Assembly: GCA_000092065.1 (NCBI GenBank)
Contig: CP000601.1
From: Ostreococcus lucimarinus
Taxonomy: Eukaryota
Length of the DNA stretch: 64,000 nt
Strand: one strand, 5' to 3'
Part shown: one piece after another, positions 7,233 through 16,920 of the stretch
How positions within the stretch are numbered: position 1 is the stretch's first letter
How the letters are laid out: each line of letters begins with the position of its first letter
Notes under the pieces: model-generated
Seen by the model: the letters and a program-made list of their open reading frames with translations, nothing else
What the model was told of the DNA's origin: nothing
The model's database searches: none
Program-made: the position numbers and the translations under genes

Positions 7233-10200
7233 GTGGATACGATGGATTCGACGCGGTGCGCGACGTGCCGGGCCGTCGTGCGCGGCGGCGCGGCGACGTG
7301 CGCGGAATGCGGGGCGCCGCAGGGCTACGATTCGGATTCGGACGCAACGATTCGCGTCGACGATGACGATGATGACGATGATTCTTCGCACTACGCCCGG
7401 GACGCCCGGGACTCGAGCGCTTCAGACGCCGACTCGAGCACTTCCGCCTCGTCCACGACTCGGCGTCGGCGGGAAGTCGAGTCGCGCGAGCGGGAGATGG
7501 AGGAATCGCCCGAGGCGTTGAAATTGTTGTACATGCTGAGTTTGTACACCGACGCGTCTCAGAAACAGTCGAAGTCGAAGTCTGCGGTTTCCAACAACAA
7601 CAACAACAAACGTTCTCCCTGGATTCGCGAGCTGCCGCTCCTGGTGCTCGTGTACGAGGGCATCGTGCGAAACGCGGTGTTCGATTACGATTACGCGCCA
7701 AAATCAGAAAAGATATTTGGAGCGTGTCCGAGGTATTTGAACGTCTCGGAAGAGGGACGAGACGATTTAGACGATTTGCGTGAGCTTGGTTTCATCACGG
7801 CGCTCAAGGTGACGAGCGAGACGTACGATCACTCGACGTTGTTGAAGATTTCCAAGAAGGGGAGCGAATTCTTGCAGAGGATGACGGCCTCGGGACGGTT
7901 CACGAGCGCGATGCGCCAGTCGGTAGATTCGTTGGTGCACGAAGCTGGTCACCTCCTCGAGGTGCGGTACGACCGCGAGTCCTCGGATTTTTTCCTCACC
8001 GTCCCCTCGATCGGGGTCCGCATCCGCTCCACCATCACGGACGTCGAAGACGTGCCGTACGTCTCGTCTCCGTACATCCCTCCGCACATGCTGAGCTCCG
8101 ATGCGTTCACACCGAACGCGTTGAACGGGCACAAAAAGGCAAAACGCGTGCTCGGCGGCGCCGTTCAAAGTAGTCGCGATATTCGCGACCCGCGCCTGAG
8201 TGAAAGTATCTTGCTCGACTCGGTGAAAATCATCGTCACCGAATACGTGCCGATGGGATCGAACGAAATGGTTTCTTTCTGTAGAAAACTCGGCACGGGA
8301 GACCGCGTCGCGGGCGGTATGTTCACCGCGGAAGCGAGCGCGACGCAGGACGAATTCAACATGGTGGTCGGGATCAACGCCGACAATAAAACCGAGCTAA
8401 AAGTCCTCGACGTCGACGAAACGCGATTCGTAAACGTCGAGGCAGACTTGCTCGCCACCGGGGCGCCCAAGAGTAACTTGGTGCAGCAGCAAATCGAGGT
8501 TTTCGGCATCAACTTTCGGGAAAACGGCGCCATCACTTACGGCATCGTCGTCAACGGCATCGCCGATCGAATTCGAAACGATATCAGCGTCGATTTACTC
8601 GCGCGCTTACTTTCCGACGTCCACGAAGACACGAGCTCGCTGGTGGGAAATTTATTTTCCGAGCGTCAGCGCTCCATGTTGAACATCACATACAAGGGCG
8701 AGCCGGACAATCGCGACAAGTTTACGTGCATCATCGCCGAGCGCGCGACGCCAAAACTGAAAGCCGCGGCGTACATGGATGGTGAAGATAACGAAAACGA
8801 GCTCAAGCAAGTCATCGGCGCGACGTTTTACGCGTACGACCTGAACGAACAAGAAGTCATCGTCTTTGGTTCACGCGGTGTCGTCGTCTTTGGTCCGCGC
8901 ACCGAACGTCATCACAAGCTTCTCGCGACATATTCAGCGTTCCAAGCTCGCTCGTTGTTCATCAAAAGTGTCTTCAGCAGTTGTTTCGCGCTGAACGACG
9001 AGTTGAAGAAGACGCGAGCGTTGATTGAAACCTATCAGATCGATCCGACGAACGTAACGCGCATTCGTTCGCGCCTCGCCGATCACACGACGACGGTGAC
9101 GATCTTGAGCGCCACTCAGCAGTTCGTGCTCGAGTCGCTCGAAAACGTCGACACGTCTCGTGAAAAGTTGAGCGCGGATATGAGCGACGGCGCGTCGCAA
9201 GTGTTGTACGACTTGTTTCAGTTGGAACCGTCGTGGAAACGCTTGCAAAGACGCGCCGTTGACTTGGAAAAAGTCATCGCGGCGTGCGTCAACGATCTCG
9301 AGTCTCTGCGAGAAATGAACGCCGTCATCGGCTCACGAAGAAAGCTCCGCATCAACGAGGCGATAGAAGGGACGACGAAAAACTTAGAGGATGCTTTCCG
9401 AGCGCAGGCGCGCAACAGCACCACGCTCGAGGTGACGCAAGTGATTTTGTCGGGGACGCTCGCGTTTGACATTCTCGATCGATTCACGGGGCAATACCTT
9501 TCGTTCACCGAGATTCGATGGGCCGTCGAAGCGGTGCAGCCGTACATAGTGAATGTTCCCGCGGTTTGGTTCATCTTGAACATGCTCGCGTGGTCGGCGT
9601 TGGGCGGTGGAATTGTTTATTTGATGCGCTACTTGGCCTACATGCATTGCAGCGTGGAGACGAAAAAGCTCACACTCAATAAACCCATTCATTTGTCGCG
9701 ATGGCGGCGATTCATCGCGACGCGCAACGTGGAGTCGACGGCTTTTAAGGAGGAGAACAACCGTCGCGTGGTGAAATACGGCTGGACCGAGCCCATCGAC
9801 GTCAAAAAGTGGAAAGGAACGCCCCCGAAGATTAACGTCACCATCGACGAGCGATACGGTTTCATCTTGCAAGCGATGATCATCATCAATAAGCGCACGT
9901 GTACGCTCTCCGGCGATGCGGTGTGGCGTCAATTTTGGAGCGATGTTTTCGTCGCTCGCAACGTCCACGATCAAAGTCGAGAGCTGTTTGACACCGACAC
10001 CGGCGACCGTTTGCAAACGGCCGAATATTCGTCAGAAGAAGAAGACGAGACTCGCCGCGACGTCACGGCCAAGATCATCGGCATCGACAACCGAAAGTCC
10101 ACGTTAAAGTGGCGCGATGGCAGGCAAATCCTCGCGCAAGACGACACCGACGACGACATCGATTCGGACGAGGAGGCGATCGCGAAGACGGGCGATTTGA

Positions 10201-10292
10201 CGTTTGAAGGCTTCGTCGCGTCCAGGTCGTTGAAACTCGCTCGAGAGGAAGAGAAGGCTAAAAAGAAACGAGCGGCAAGGATGGAAAAGTGA
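7233..10292 (+). CDS. large hypothetical protein (1019 aa): N-terminal zinc-ribbon, acidic tract, C-terminal TM segment
   Basis: Long ORF with host-like GC3 bias. CATCRAVVRGGAATCAECG (C-x2-C-x10-C-x2-C) at the N-terminus. D8 run. Hydrophobic helix AVWFILNMLAWSALGGGIVYLMRYLAY near residue 780. (AAC)6 repeat coding an Asn run. No family recognised. Confidence 0.55.
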   Translation: MDTMDSTRCATCRAVVRGGAATCAECGAPQGYDSDSDATIRVDDDDDDDDSSHYARDARDSSASDADSSTSASSTTRRRREVESREREMEESPEALKLLYMLSLYTDASQKQSKSKSAVSNNNNNKRSPWIRELPLLVLVYEGIVRNAVFDYDYAPKSEKIFGACPRYLNVSEEGRDDLDDLRELGFITALKVTSETYDHSTLLKISKKGSEFLQRMTASGRFTSAMRQSVDSLVHEAGHLLEVRYDRESSDFFLTVPSIGVRIRSTITDVEDVPYVSSPYIPPHMLSSDAFTPNALNGHKKAKRVLGGAVQSSRDIRDPRLSESILLDSVKIIVTEYVPMGSNEMVSFCRKLGTGDRVAGGMFTAEASATQDEFNMVVGINADNKTELKVLDVDETRFVNVEADLLATGAPKSNLVQQQIEVFGINFRENGAITYGIVVNGIADRIRNDISVDLLARLLSDVHEDTSSLVGNLFSERQRSMLNITYKGEPDNRDKFTCIIAERATPKLKAAAYMDGEDNENELKQVIGATFYAYDLNEQEVIVFGSRGVVVFGPRTERHHKLLATYSAFQARSLFIKSVFSSCFALNDELKKTRALIETYQIDPTNVTRIRSRLADHTTTVTILSATQQFVLESLENVDTSREKLSADMSDGASQVLYDLFQLEPSWKRLQRRAVDLEKVIAACVNDLESLREMNAVIGSRRKLRINEAIEGTTKNLEDAFRAQARNSTTLEVTQVILSGTLAFDILDRFTGQYLSFTEIRWAVEAVQPYIVNVPAVWFILNMLAWSALGGGIVYLMRYLAYMHCSVETKKLTLNKPIHLSRWRRFIATRNVESTAFKEENNRRVVKYGWTEPIDVKKWKGTPPKINVTIDERYGFILQAMIIINKRTCTLSGDAVWRQFWSDVFVARNVHDQSRELFDTDTGDRLQTAEYSSEEEDETRRDVTAKIIGIDNRKSTLKWRDGRQILAQDDTDDDIDSDEEAIAKTGDLTFEGFVASRSLKLAREEEKAKKKRAARMEK

Positions 10293-10457
10293 AAGCCGCG
10301 CGATCGCGGCCGCGGTGAAGCGAGGTAGGCCGCCCGCGTCGTCGTCGTCGTCCCTCCCGTCGGGTAGAATAGACAAATTGCTACGTCACACACAGAGAAC
10401 CGACCCAAACTTCACGTCGCGACGCGCGCGAGGCGCCCGACGTCGGCGTCGATCGCC

Positions 10458-11867
10458 ATGCGCGCCGCGTGCGTGCGCGTCGTCGTCCCGGACGTCCCGT
10501 CGTCGTCGTCGTCGTCGTCGGGCGCCGCCGTCCCGACCTGGCTCCCTCCCGGCACGGGATTCGTCTCAAAAAGCCTCAAACTCGACGTCTCTCGACCCTC
10601 CCGCGCGACGCAGTGCGAATTCTACGTCGTCGGTACCTCCCACGCGAGCGCGGCGGCGGCGGCAGACGTTCGACGGGTCATACGACGCGCGAAACCGCAG
10701 GCTGTGGTGCTCGAGCTCGACCAAGAGCGCGCCGACGCCCTCGTCGCGAGCTTCGTCGAACGCGCGCGCGTGATCGACGATTCCGAATACGGGAGCGATT
10801 TGTTGACCGGTATCATCGAATCAGAGCGCGAGGACGCGCTGACGGTGTACGGGGACGTGCGGGCGAGAGGTATAGGCGAGGCGTTGGCGGCTCGCGCGTT
10901 CGGGACGAACCCTTTCGCGATCGAACGGTGGAAAACGGTGTTGGCGTACGTGAAAAACGCGTGGGATGGTGGATCCGTGGGTGTTTCGAGCGATGGCGCG
11001 CTCGCCGCGGCGGACGTGGCGAGAGCTCTCATGGACGAGCCGAGAAATCTGACGCCGCTCGCGGGACCGGCGGCGGCGTTCGTCGCGGCGACGTTGGCGA
11101 GCTTGGCGATGCCGAACGGAGCGGAGAACGGTCTCGTGGACGCAGTCGGCGTGTTCCTTGCGCTTTTATTATTTTGCCCGCTCGTGGAGACGCTGTGGAT
11201 GGAAAGAGACGAGGTGTTGTGCGCCAACGCGTTGAACGCCGTCGACGTGTGCTCGGGCATCGCTCGAGGGCGGGTACGCCGCGTGCGATTTGGGTTTTCC
11301 ACCGATCCGTCGGCGACGAAGAAGAGCATGCAAACATTCACCCCGAGTGATGCTGGCGCGGTGCCGTGCTTCACGCTGAAACGTCCGCTGAAACGGGGCG
11401 AAACGAGAAGGCTGAACTTGTGGGAGCCGCGTTGGCTAGCGCTCATGGACTCGCTCGCGGAAGCGAATGGCGGATCCCTCGTGGGCGCCGAGCTCGGGTG
11501 TTTACTCGGGCGCGCGAGACATTACGTGAGTAGTTCTTGCTTTGAGATTCTAGGCGATGCGGCTCGACGTACTGGAACCGTGGCCGTTGAGGATTCCATG
11601 CGCCGCGCACGAGTGACGCGCGTGGTGGAGGGCGAGCGCCCGACGACAAAGGCTCGGAAATTGGAGGTTTGGATCGAAGGAATGGACGAGTGCGACGTGC
11701 ACGCGTTAGAGACACATCCGGCTGGGTATTTACTCGCGAGCGCGAGCGTCGAGGCGTCGCAAGCGCCGCGGATTGATGAAGACGACGACGAAGTCGTCAC
11801 GTGCGTCATCGTCACCGGCTTGGCGCACGCGAACGGCATCGTTCGCGGCATAGCCGAGGCGCAGTAG
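10458..11867 (+). CDS. TraB/PrgY-family protein fused to a LON-N (substrate-binding)-like C-terminal domain
   Basis: FYVVGTSHASAAAAADVRRVIRRAKPQAVVLELD matches the TraB-family N-terminal motif. C-terminus RRLNLWEPRWLALMDSL resembles the LON N-terminal domain motif (..FEPRY..). Confidence 0.55.
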   Translation: MRAACVRVVVPDVPSSSSSSSGAAVPTWLPPGTGFVSKSLKLDVSRPSRATQCEFYVVGTSHASAAAAADVRRVIRRAKPQAVVLELDQERADALVASFVERARVIDDSEYGSDLLTGIIESEREDALTVYGDVRARGIGEALAARAFGTNPFAIERWKTVLAYVKNAWDGGSVGVSSDGALAAADVARALMDEPRNLTPLAGPAAAFVAATLASLAMPNGAENGLVDAVGVFLALLLFCPLVETLWMERDEVLCANALNAVDVCSGIARGRVRRVRFGFSTDPSATKKSMQTFTPSDAGAVPCFTLKRPLKRGETRRLNLWEPRWLALMDSLAEANGGSLVGAELGCLLGRARHYVSSSCFEILGDAARRTGTVAVEDSMRRARVTRVVEGERPTTKARKLEVWIEGMDECDVHALETHPAGYLLASASVEASQAPRIDEDDDEVVTCVIVTGLAHANGIVRGIAEAQ

Positions 11868-11923
11868 AATATTGTAGTAGTATATCACACTTAGTTTATA
11901 TGTACATTCTCTGGTGTCGTGCC

Positions 11924-13933
11924 CTACGCCGCGGCGTTCTTCATGCCTAACTTCTCAACCTTCGCCGCGACGATTTCGGCGTCGAGCGGAGACGATAAAT
12001 TACGCACGACGCTCTCGCGATCATCCGGACCTTCATCACCGCTCGAGCTCGCGGGGCTGTCTAATTCAGGAGTGTGGCACGTCCCGGGATGACCTTCTTT
12101 GGGTGTCAACGCTGTGACGGAGTGTCGAACCTTGACCAAGCGCGAGTCACACAAAAAGTGCGTCCGACACAGCTTCAACGCCTTACCCACAGAGCTCAGT
12201 TCAGCGAACTCGATGAAGGCGATGGCTTGCTTCTCGCCCTTTTCGAACGCCTTGTACCAGAATAACGCCACCTCACCGCATTCCTCCTCAAACTTGTCGC
12301 GCACGAGCGTCGGTTCGATCTCAGGGTCGATATCCGTCACGTAAACCGTGCGATCCGCCTTTTCTTGCGCTACTGGATCCAATGGCCGTGTCAGGGCGCG
12401 CTTTTTGCTGTGCGAGATCTCAACTTTGAGCTGGCAATCATCCACTTCTTTGCCGTCTAAATCCAACGCGCGCTTTACCGCTTCGTTGTCCTCAAAGTCT
12501 ATGAAAGCGTACGGAAACTTACTCTTTGGGTTGGTGAGCAACTCGACGTGTCTCACTTGTCCACATTCGGAAAACATCGCCCTGAGACTCCCTGGAGATA
12601 AAGTTTTCGGAATGTTCCTCACGTAAACTTTGCACGGCGGCGACTCCGGCGTCGTCGGTTCATCACCGATGGTCCGGGTGGACGTCGAGTACGGGTAAGG
12701 GAACGGTGGCATGGTTGCGCGCTGCGATTCGGCAGACGAGTCGCCCGAAGTCGAAGCCGCGGATCCGTGATTCGTTCGTCGATGCAAACGGAGCGGCGTC
12801 TTTGACGCACTCACGCGAATCATGCGGTTTCCAAGCTGTTCACCCGTCAAATGCAGCGCGGTTCCCACGCTTTCGAGGTCGACGAACTCTACGAAGGCTA
12901 CATTCGCCACGGCGTTGTTCTTCACTTGCAAATGCAAGCGGTTGACGGGGCCGGCGCGGTCCTCGAAAAGTAACTTCAACGCGTGCGAGTCCACGGTCTT
13001 GTCGACGTTTGCGACGTAAATTGTCCTCGCGCACGATTCAACCTCTCGTTCATTCTGCGGTAGCAGTAACGGGTTCACTGGGATCACCGCGGTGTCGCTC
13101 TTCTTCACCATGATGTTTTTCCCGTGGAGCGGCGTCTTGTCCAACAATAACGCCCGATCCACCGCCTCGGCGCACTCAAACGCCACAAAGGCGTAGCTAA
13201 ACTTGTGTGTGTTCGCATCACCGCACATGCGACAGTCTATGATGCGGCCGCACGAGGCGAAAACATCCGCTAATTCGCGTTCGCTCACGCTCGCCGGCAC
13301 ATCCTTGACGAAGACGGTGTACGGCACCGCCTTTTCGTTCGCACGTCCATCGCCGAAATATCGTCCACTGGCGCCGTAGAAGCGGCCACCGACGATACCA
13401 CCGTTCACGTGCACACCATTACGCCACTGCTCGCCGCGACCTCGGCCGCCACGACCTCCCACTCGACCGCCGCGACCTCCCGGCGATCGCCTGCCGTATC
13501 CGCGACCGCCAGGGACAAAGCCCGCGCCCATGTAAGGCGGCATCACGTACCCGTAGTGGTCGTAATGATGCGCGTTATGCATGGCTGCGTAATACTCGTG
13601 CTGCGCCGCCGTCATCGCCGCGTATGCGTACTCACCGTACGCCCCCGGCGGCGCCGGCGCGCCCATCATCATCATCGGCGGCGGCACCCCGTACGCGCCC
13701 GCCGGCGCGTACGAACCGGCCGCCATCGCGTGCGGATCGTACCCCCCGTACCCCATATCCGCCACCCCAGGCGGTGACATACCCTCCCCACCCGGCATTA
13801 AGTTCACCGGCACCACCACCGGCACCGCGAACTCGTGCTGAGACACCACCTGCAACGGCGTCCCCGCCGCCGGCACCACGCCGCCGTTCGCCATCGCCGC
13901 TCGATACCACTCCATGTACGACGGCGTCATCAT
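11924..13933 (-). CDS. RNA-binding protein with four RRM domains and an N-terminal RGG/Gly-rich region
   Basis: Four RNP-type modules, e.g. VFVKDVPASVSERELADVF...YAFVAFECAEAV, TIYVANVDKTV, KVYVRNIPKTL...YAFIDFEDNEAV, TVYVTDIDPEI...AIAFIEFAE. RGG/GRGG repeats. Start set at MMTPSYMEW (13933); the ORF continues as an Arg-rich, probably non-coding extension to 14476. Confidence 0.65.
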   Translation of the reverse strand: MMTPSYMEWYRAAMANGGVVPAAGTPLQVVSQHEFAVPVVVPVNLMPGGEGMSPPGVADMGYGGYDPHAMAAGSYAPAGAYGVPPPMMMMGAPAPPGAYGEYAYAAMTAAQHEYYAAMHNAHHYDHYGYVMPPYMGAGFVPGGRGYGRRSPGGRGGRVGGRGGRGRGEQWRNGVHVNGGIVGGRFYGASGRYFGDGRANEKAVPYTVFVKDVPASVSERELADVFASCGRIIDCRMCGDANTHKFSYAFVAFECAEAVDRALLLDKTPLHGKNIMVKKSDTAVIPVNPLLLPQNEREVESCARTIYVANVDKTVDSHALKLLFEDRAGPVNRLHLQVKNNAVANVAFVEFVDLESVGTALHLTGEQLGNRMIRVSASKTPLRLHRRTNHGSAASTSGDSSAESQRATMPPFPYPYSTSTRTIGDEPTTPESPPCKVYVRNIPKTLSPGSLRAMFSECGQVRHVELLTNPKSKFPYAFIDFEDNEAVKRALDLDGKEVDDCQLKVEISHSKKRALTRPLDPVAQEKADRTVYVTDIDPEIEPTLVRDKFEEECGEVALFWYKAFEKGEKQAIAFIEFAELSSVGKALKLCRTHFLCDSRLVKVRHSVTALTPKEGHPGTCHTPELDSPASSSGDEGPDDRESVVRNLSSPLDAEIVAAKVEKLGMKNAAA

Positions 13934-14499
13934 CGGTCGTTCGCTCGACTCGTACGACGCGCTCTGCGACGTTAAAAATCCACGTTTCGCGCCTTCGTCA
14001 GTCTCTCGCGCGCCTTCACCGCGCCCCGATCGCCCTCGCGTCTTCGCGTCCTCGCGTTTAAAAAATCTTTCAAAATCACCAGCCGTTTGAAAGATCGCCC
14101 ATCTCCCGAATGTTTCCCTCCCGTCGCCATCGCATCGCCCGTTCGCGCGTCGCGCGCACCCTCGTCGGCTCTCGAGCGGTTTTCCCATCGTTCCCGTTCG
14201 CCTCGCGCGCGTCCTCGCGCGTCGTCGACGCGCGCGCCGTTCGATTCGCATTCGCTTCATTTTCATTTTTCGCATTCGCGCGCGTGACGGCGACGCCGTC
14301 GTCTCCCGCGTCGTCGTCGCCTCGCGTCGCGCGTCTCGGCGCGGGCGCGCGCGGGGACGGGCGATCGACGTCGCGCGGCGTCGGCGGCGACATCGCGCGT
14401 CTCCCGCGTCCTCGAGCGTCGCGTCGTGCCGACGCGCGCGCGCCGTCTCCGGGCGCGCGTGGCGCCCAAAGGTCACGTCGCGCGTCGAAAGTTCATGGC

Positions 14500-14611
14500 G
14501 GTTTCGCCCCGGTGAATACGACTTTGCGCGCGTCGTTCGCGTTTATGTATACATTCGGCACGCGTCGCGATCGCGGTTTCGCCCCGGTGAATACGACTTT
14601 GCGCGCGTCGT
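14500..14611. repeat. Two copies of a 37-bp motif GGTTTCGCCCCGGTGAATACGACTTTGCGCGCGTCGT in the divergent intergenic region
   Basis: Identical 37-mers at 14500-14536 and 14575-14611, flanking the palindrome ATGTATACAT (14545-14554). Lies between the 5' ends of the RRM gene (-) and the Cdc20 gene (+). Confidence 0.6.
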
Positions 14612-14840
14612 CTGCGTGTCGTGACTTAGTATCACTGTCGTCGGAAGGCGTCACACACGGATTACGACGACCGCGCGACGCGACCGCGCGACGACCGACG
14701 CACCGCGACGCGCGTCGCGCGCGACGACGACCGCTCGACCGCGCCGATCGCGAGCGGACGCGCGCTTTAACGCCGAGACGCCGAGACGCGAACCGAAAAC
14801 GCGCGCGCCGACGTCCCACGCGCGAGAAAACGGACGGGAA

Positions 14841-16631
14841 TTGCGTCTCGGGAGCGCCGGGACGACGACGCTGATTCGCGGCGACGGCGCGCGCGGGATG
14901 GCGAACGGGGGGCATCGCGGCGTGGACGTGGCGCGGCGATTGATTTTCGAGGACTCGACGCGACGCGGGACGGGCGCGCGCGATGGGAGCGCGCCGGGGA
15001 CGCCGGAGAGGGAGGGGCGGGCGAGCGCGGGACGCGGCGCGAGCGCGGGACGGGCGAACGCGGGATACAGCGATCGGTACGTGCCGTCGAGGAGCGCGAG
15101 CGCGGGATTTCGGGGTGATTTTAGTATGCTGGAGGCGTGCGCGAGCGTCGGGGTCGGGGCGACGGGAGGGGGTAGGGGTGAAGAGATCGGCGGCGCGAGC
15201 GGCGGCGGCGGCGGACGAATCGGTCGGGACGGACGCGGCGACGCCGATCGGGGACGGGAGGGGGACGCGAATCGCGATGCTGATAGCGCGGGCGCGCACA
15301 GGGGTGATGGTGGTTCGGCGCGAGCGCACGAGCGCGAGGATACGAGCGCGGCGTACGGGGCGTTGTTGCGAAGCGAGTTGCTCGGAGACGTGTGTCCGCC
15401 CGAGGCGTACGGCGTGACGCCGCCGGCGACGCCGAGCGCGGCGAGGTACCGACCGCGGACGCCGGCGACGCCGATCGATGGATCGTCGTACTCGTACTCC
15501 ACTCCCGGAAGGAACTTGTTCAAATTTCGCGACGATGGCTCGTTCGGGACGATCGCTCGAGGCGAATCGCCGTACGCGTTGAATCCAGTCGGCGACGGCG
15601 ACGGACCGCTCGGCATGACGCTTTTATCGCCGCGCCGCCGCGCGCCGCGAAAGATCGCGCGTAGTCCGTTCAAAGTACTCGACGCGCCGGCGTTGCAGGA
15701 CGATTTCTACCTCAACCTCGTCGATTGGAGTTCGAGCAACGTGTTAGCCGTCGGTTTGGGAACGTGCGTCTACCTGTGGAGCGCGTGCACTAGCAAGGTG
15801 ACCAAGCTGTGTGAGCTCGCTCCTAACGATTCCGTCGCCTCTGTGGCGTGGACGCAGCGTGGGACGTATTTGGGCGTCGGCACGAACAGCGGCGAGGTGC
15901 AGATATGGGACGTGGCCAAGTGCAAAAAGACGCGAGCGATGCTCGGGCACCGCAGTCGCGCCGGGACGTTGGCGTGGAACTCGCACACGCTCTCGAGCGG
16001 GAGTCGCGATCGCGCCATCTTGAATCGCGACATTCGATCACCGAGCGATTACTCTAGCAAGCTTCTCGGGCATAAGAGCGAGGTGTGCGGATTGAAGTGG
16101 TCTTACGACGACCAACAGCTCGCGAGCGGCGGCAACGACAATCAACTCTTCGTGTGGAATTCGCACTCGACGTCACCAATCTTGCGATGCAGCGAGCACA
16201 CCGCCGCGGTCAAGGCCATCGCGTGGTCTCCACATCAACACGGCTTACTCGCCAGCGGCGGCGGTACCGCCGACCGATGCATTCGGTTTTGGAACACCGT
16301 CACCAACACGCCGTTGCAGTGCGTCGACACCGGTTCGCAGGTGTGCAACTTGGTTTGGAGCAAGAACGTGAACGAGATCGTCAGCACGCACGGCTACAGC
16401 CAAAATCAAATCGTCGTCTGGCGTTATCCGAGTATGTCCAAGCTCACCACGCTCACGGGCCACACCCTCCGCGTGCTCTTTCTCGCCATTTCTCCCGACG
16501 GCCAAACCATCGTCACCGGCGCCGGCGACGAGACGTTGCGCTTTTGGAACGTCTTCCCCGGCATGAAGTCCCCCGTCTCGGGCGCCGGCGACAACACCGT
16601 CAGCACGCTCGCGCGCACGAGCATTCGGTGA
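14841..16631 (+). CDS. CDC20: Cdc20/Fizzy-family APC/C co-activator (WD40)
   Basis: C-box SDRYVPSRS. WD40 propeller with Cdc20-typical FYLNLVDWSSSNVLAVGLGTCVYLW ... GHRSRAGTLAWN ... RFWNVF. The low-complexity N-terminus leaves the exact start uncertain. Confidence 0.8.
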   Translation: MRLGSAGTTTLIRGDGARGMANGGHRGVDVARRLIFEDSTRRGTGARDGSAPGTPEREGRASAGRGASAGRANAGYSDRYVPSRSASAGFRGDFSMLEACASVGVGATGGGRGEEIGGASGGGGGRIGRDGRGDADRGREGDANRDADSAGAHRGDGGSARAHEREDTSAAYGALLRSELLGDVCPPEAYGVTPPATPSAARYRPRTPATPIDGSSYSYSTPGRNLFKFRDDGSFGTIARGESPYALNPVGDGDGPLGMTLLSPRRRAPRKIARSPFKVLDAPALQDDFYLNLVDWSSSNVLAVGLGTCVYLWSACTSKVTKLCELAPNDSVASVAWTQRGTYLGVGTNSGEVQIWDVAKCKKTRAMLGHRSRAGTLAWNSHTLSSGSRDRAILNRDIRSPSDYSSKLLGHKSEVCGLKWSYDDQQLASGGNDNQLFVWNSHSTSPILRCSEHTAAVKAIAWSPHQHGLLASGGGTADRCIRFWNTVTNTPLQCVDTGSQVCNLVWSKNVNEIVSTHGYSQNQIVVWRYPSMSKLTTLTGHTLRVLFLAISPDGQTIVTGAGDETLRFWNVFPGMKSPVSGAGDNTVSTLARTSIR

Positions 16632-16920
16632 TTCACCGCATTCTTTCTTTCGATACGAATCCGTCTGTACCGCAAACTTTTTTCATTCATTCGTCGCCGT
16701 TGTAACTCGTACCACTCGACGCGTTCGTCCCGTCGCCCGCACACCGCGCCGCCCTTCCGCGCCGCGTCGACCGTCCACCAGCGCGCGCGTCGGCGCACCG
16801 TTCGCCGCCCATCCCGCGCGCGTCGCCCTCGCCTCGCCGTCCGCGCGCGCGTCCGCGCGTCCCGAAGCCGCCGCGCGGCGTCCCGAAGCCGCCGCGCGCG
16901 CGCGCCTCGCCTCGCCTCCG

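Noticed and set aside
10469-11350. Many long ORFs antisense to, or frame-shifted within, real genes, coding Arg/Ala/Pro-rich polypeptides (for example 10469-11350, 14110-14874, 14493-15329, 14651-15673, 19733-20622, 19910-21437, 25024-26550, 26883-28070, 34243-35003, 35786-36739, 39456-40599, 47448-48342, 49277-50140, 59134-59835, 61187-61921)
   Set aside because: In 65-70% GC DNA, stop codons are rare in every frame. These ORFs have extreme Arg/Ala/Gly/Pro composition and no recognisable motifs, and they overlap ORFs on the other strand or frame that do carry clear family signatures.
15070-15095. GGTACGTGCC looked like a strong consensus splice donor inside the CDC20 N-terminus
   Set aside because: It encodes SDRYVPSRS, which is the conserved Cdc20 C-box (DR[YF]IPxR), so it is coding rather than intronic.
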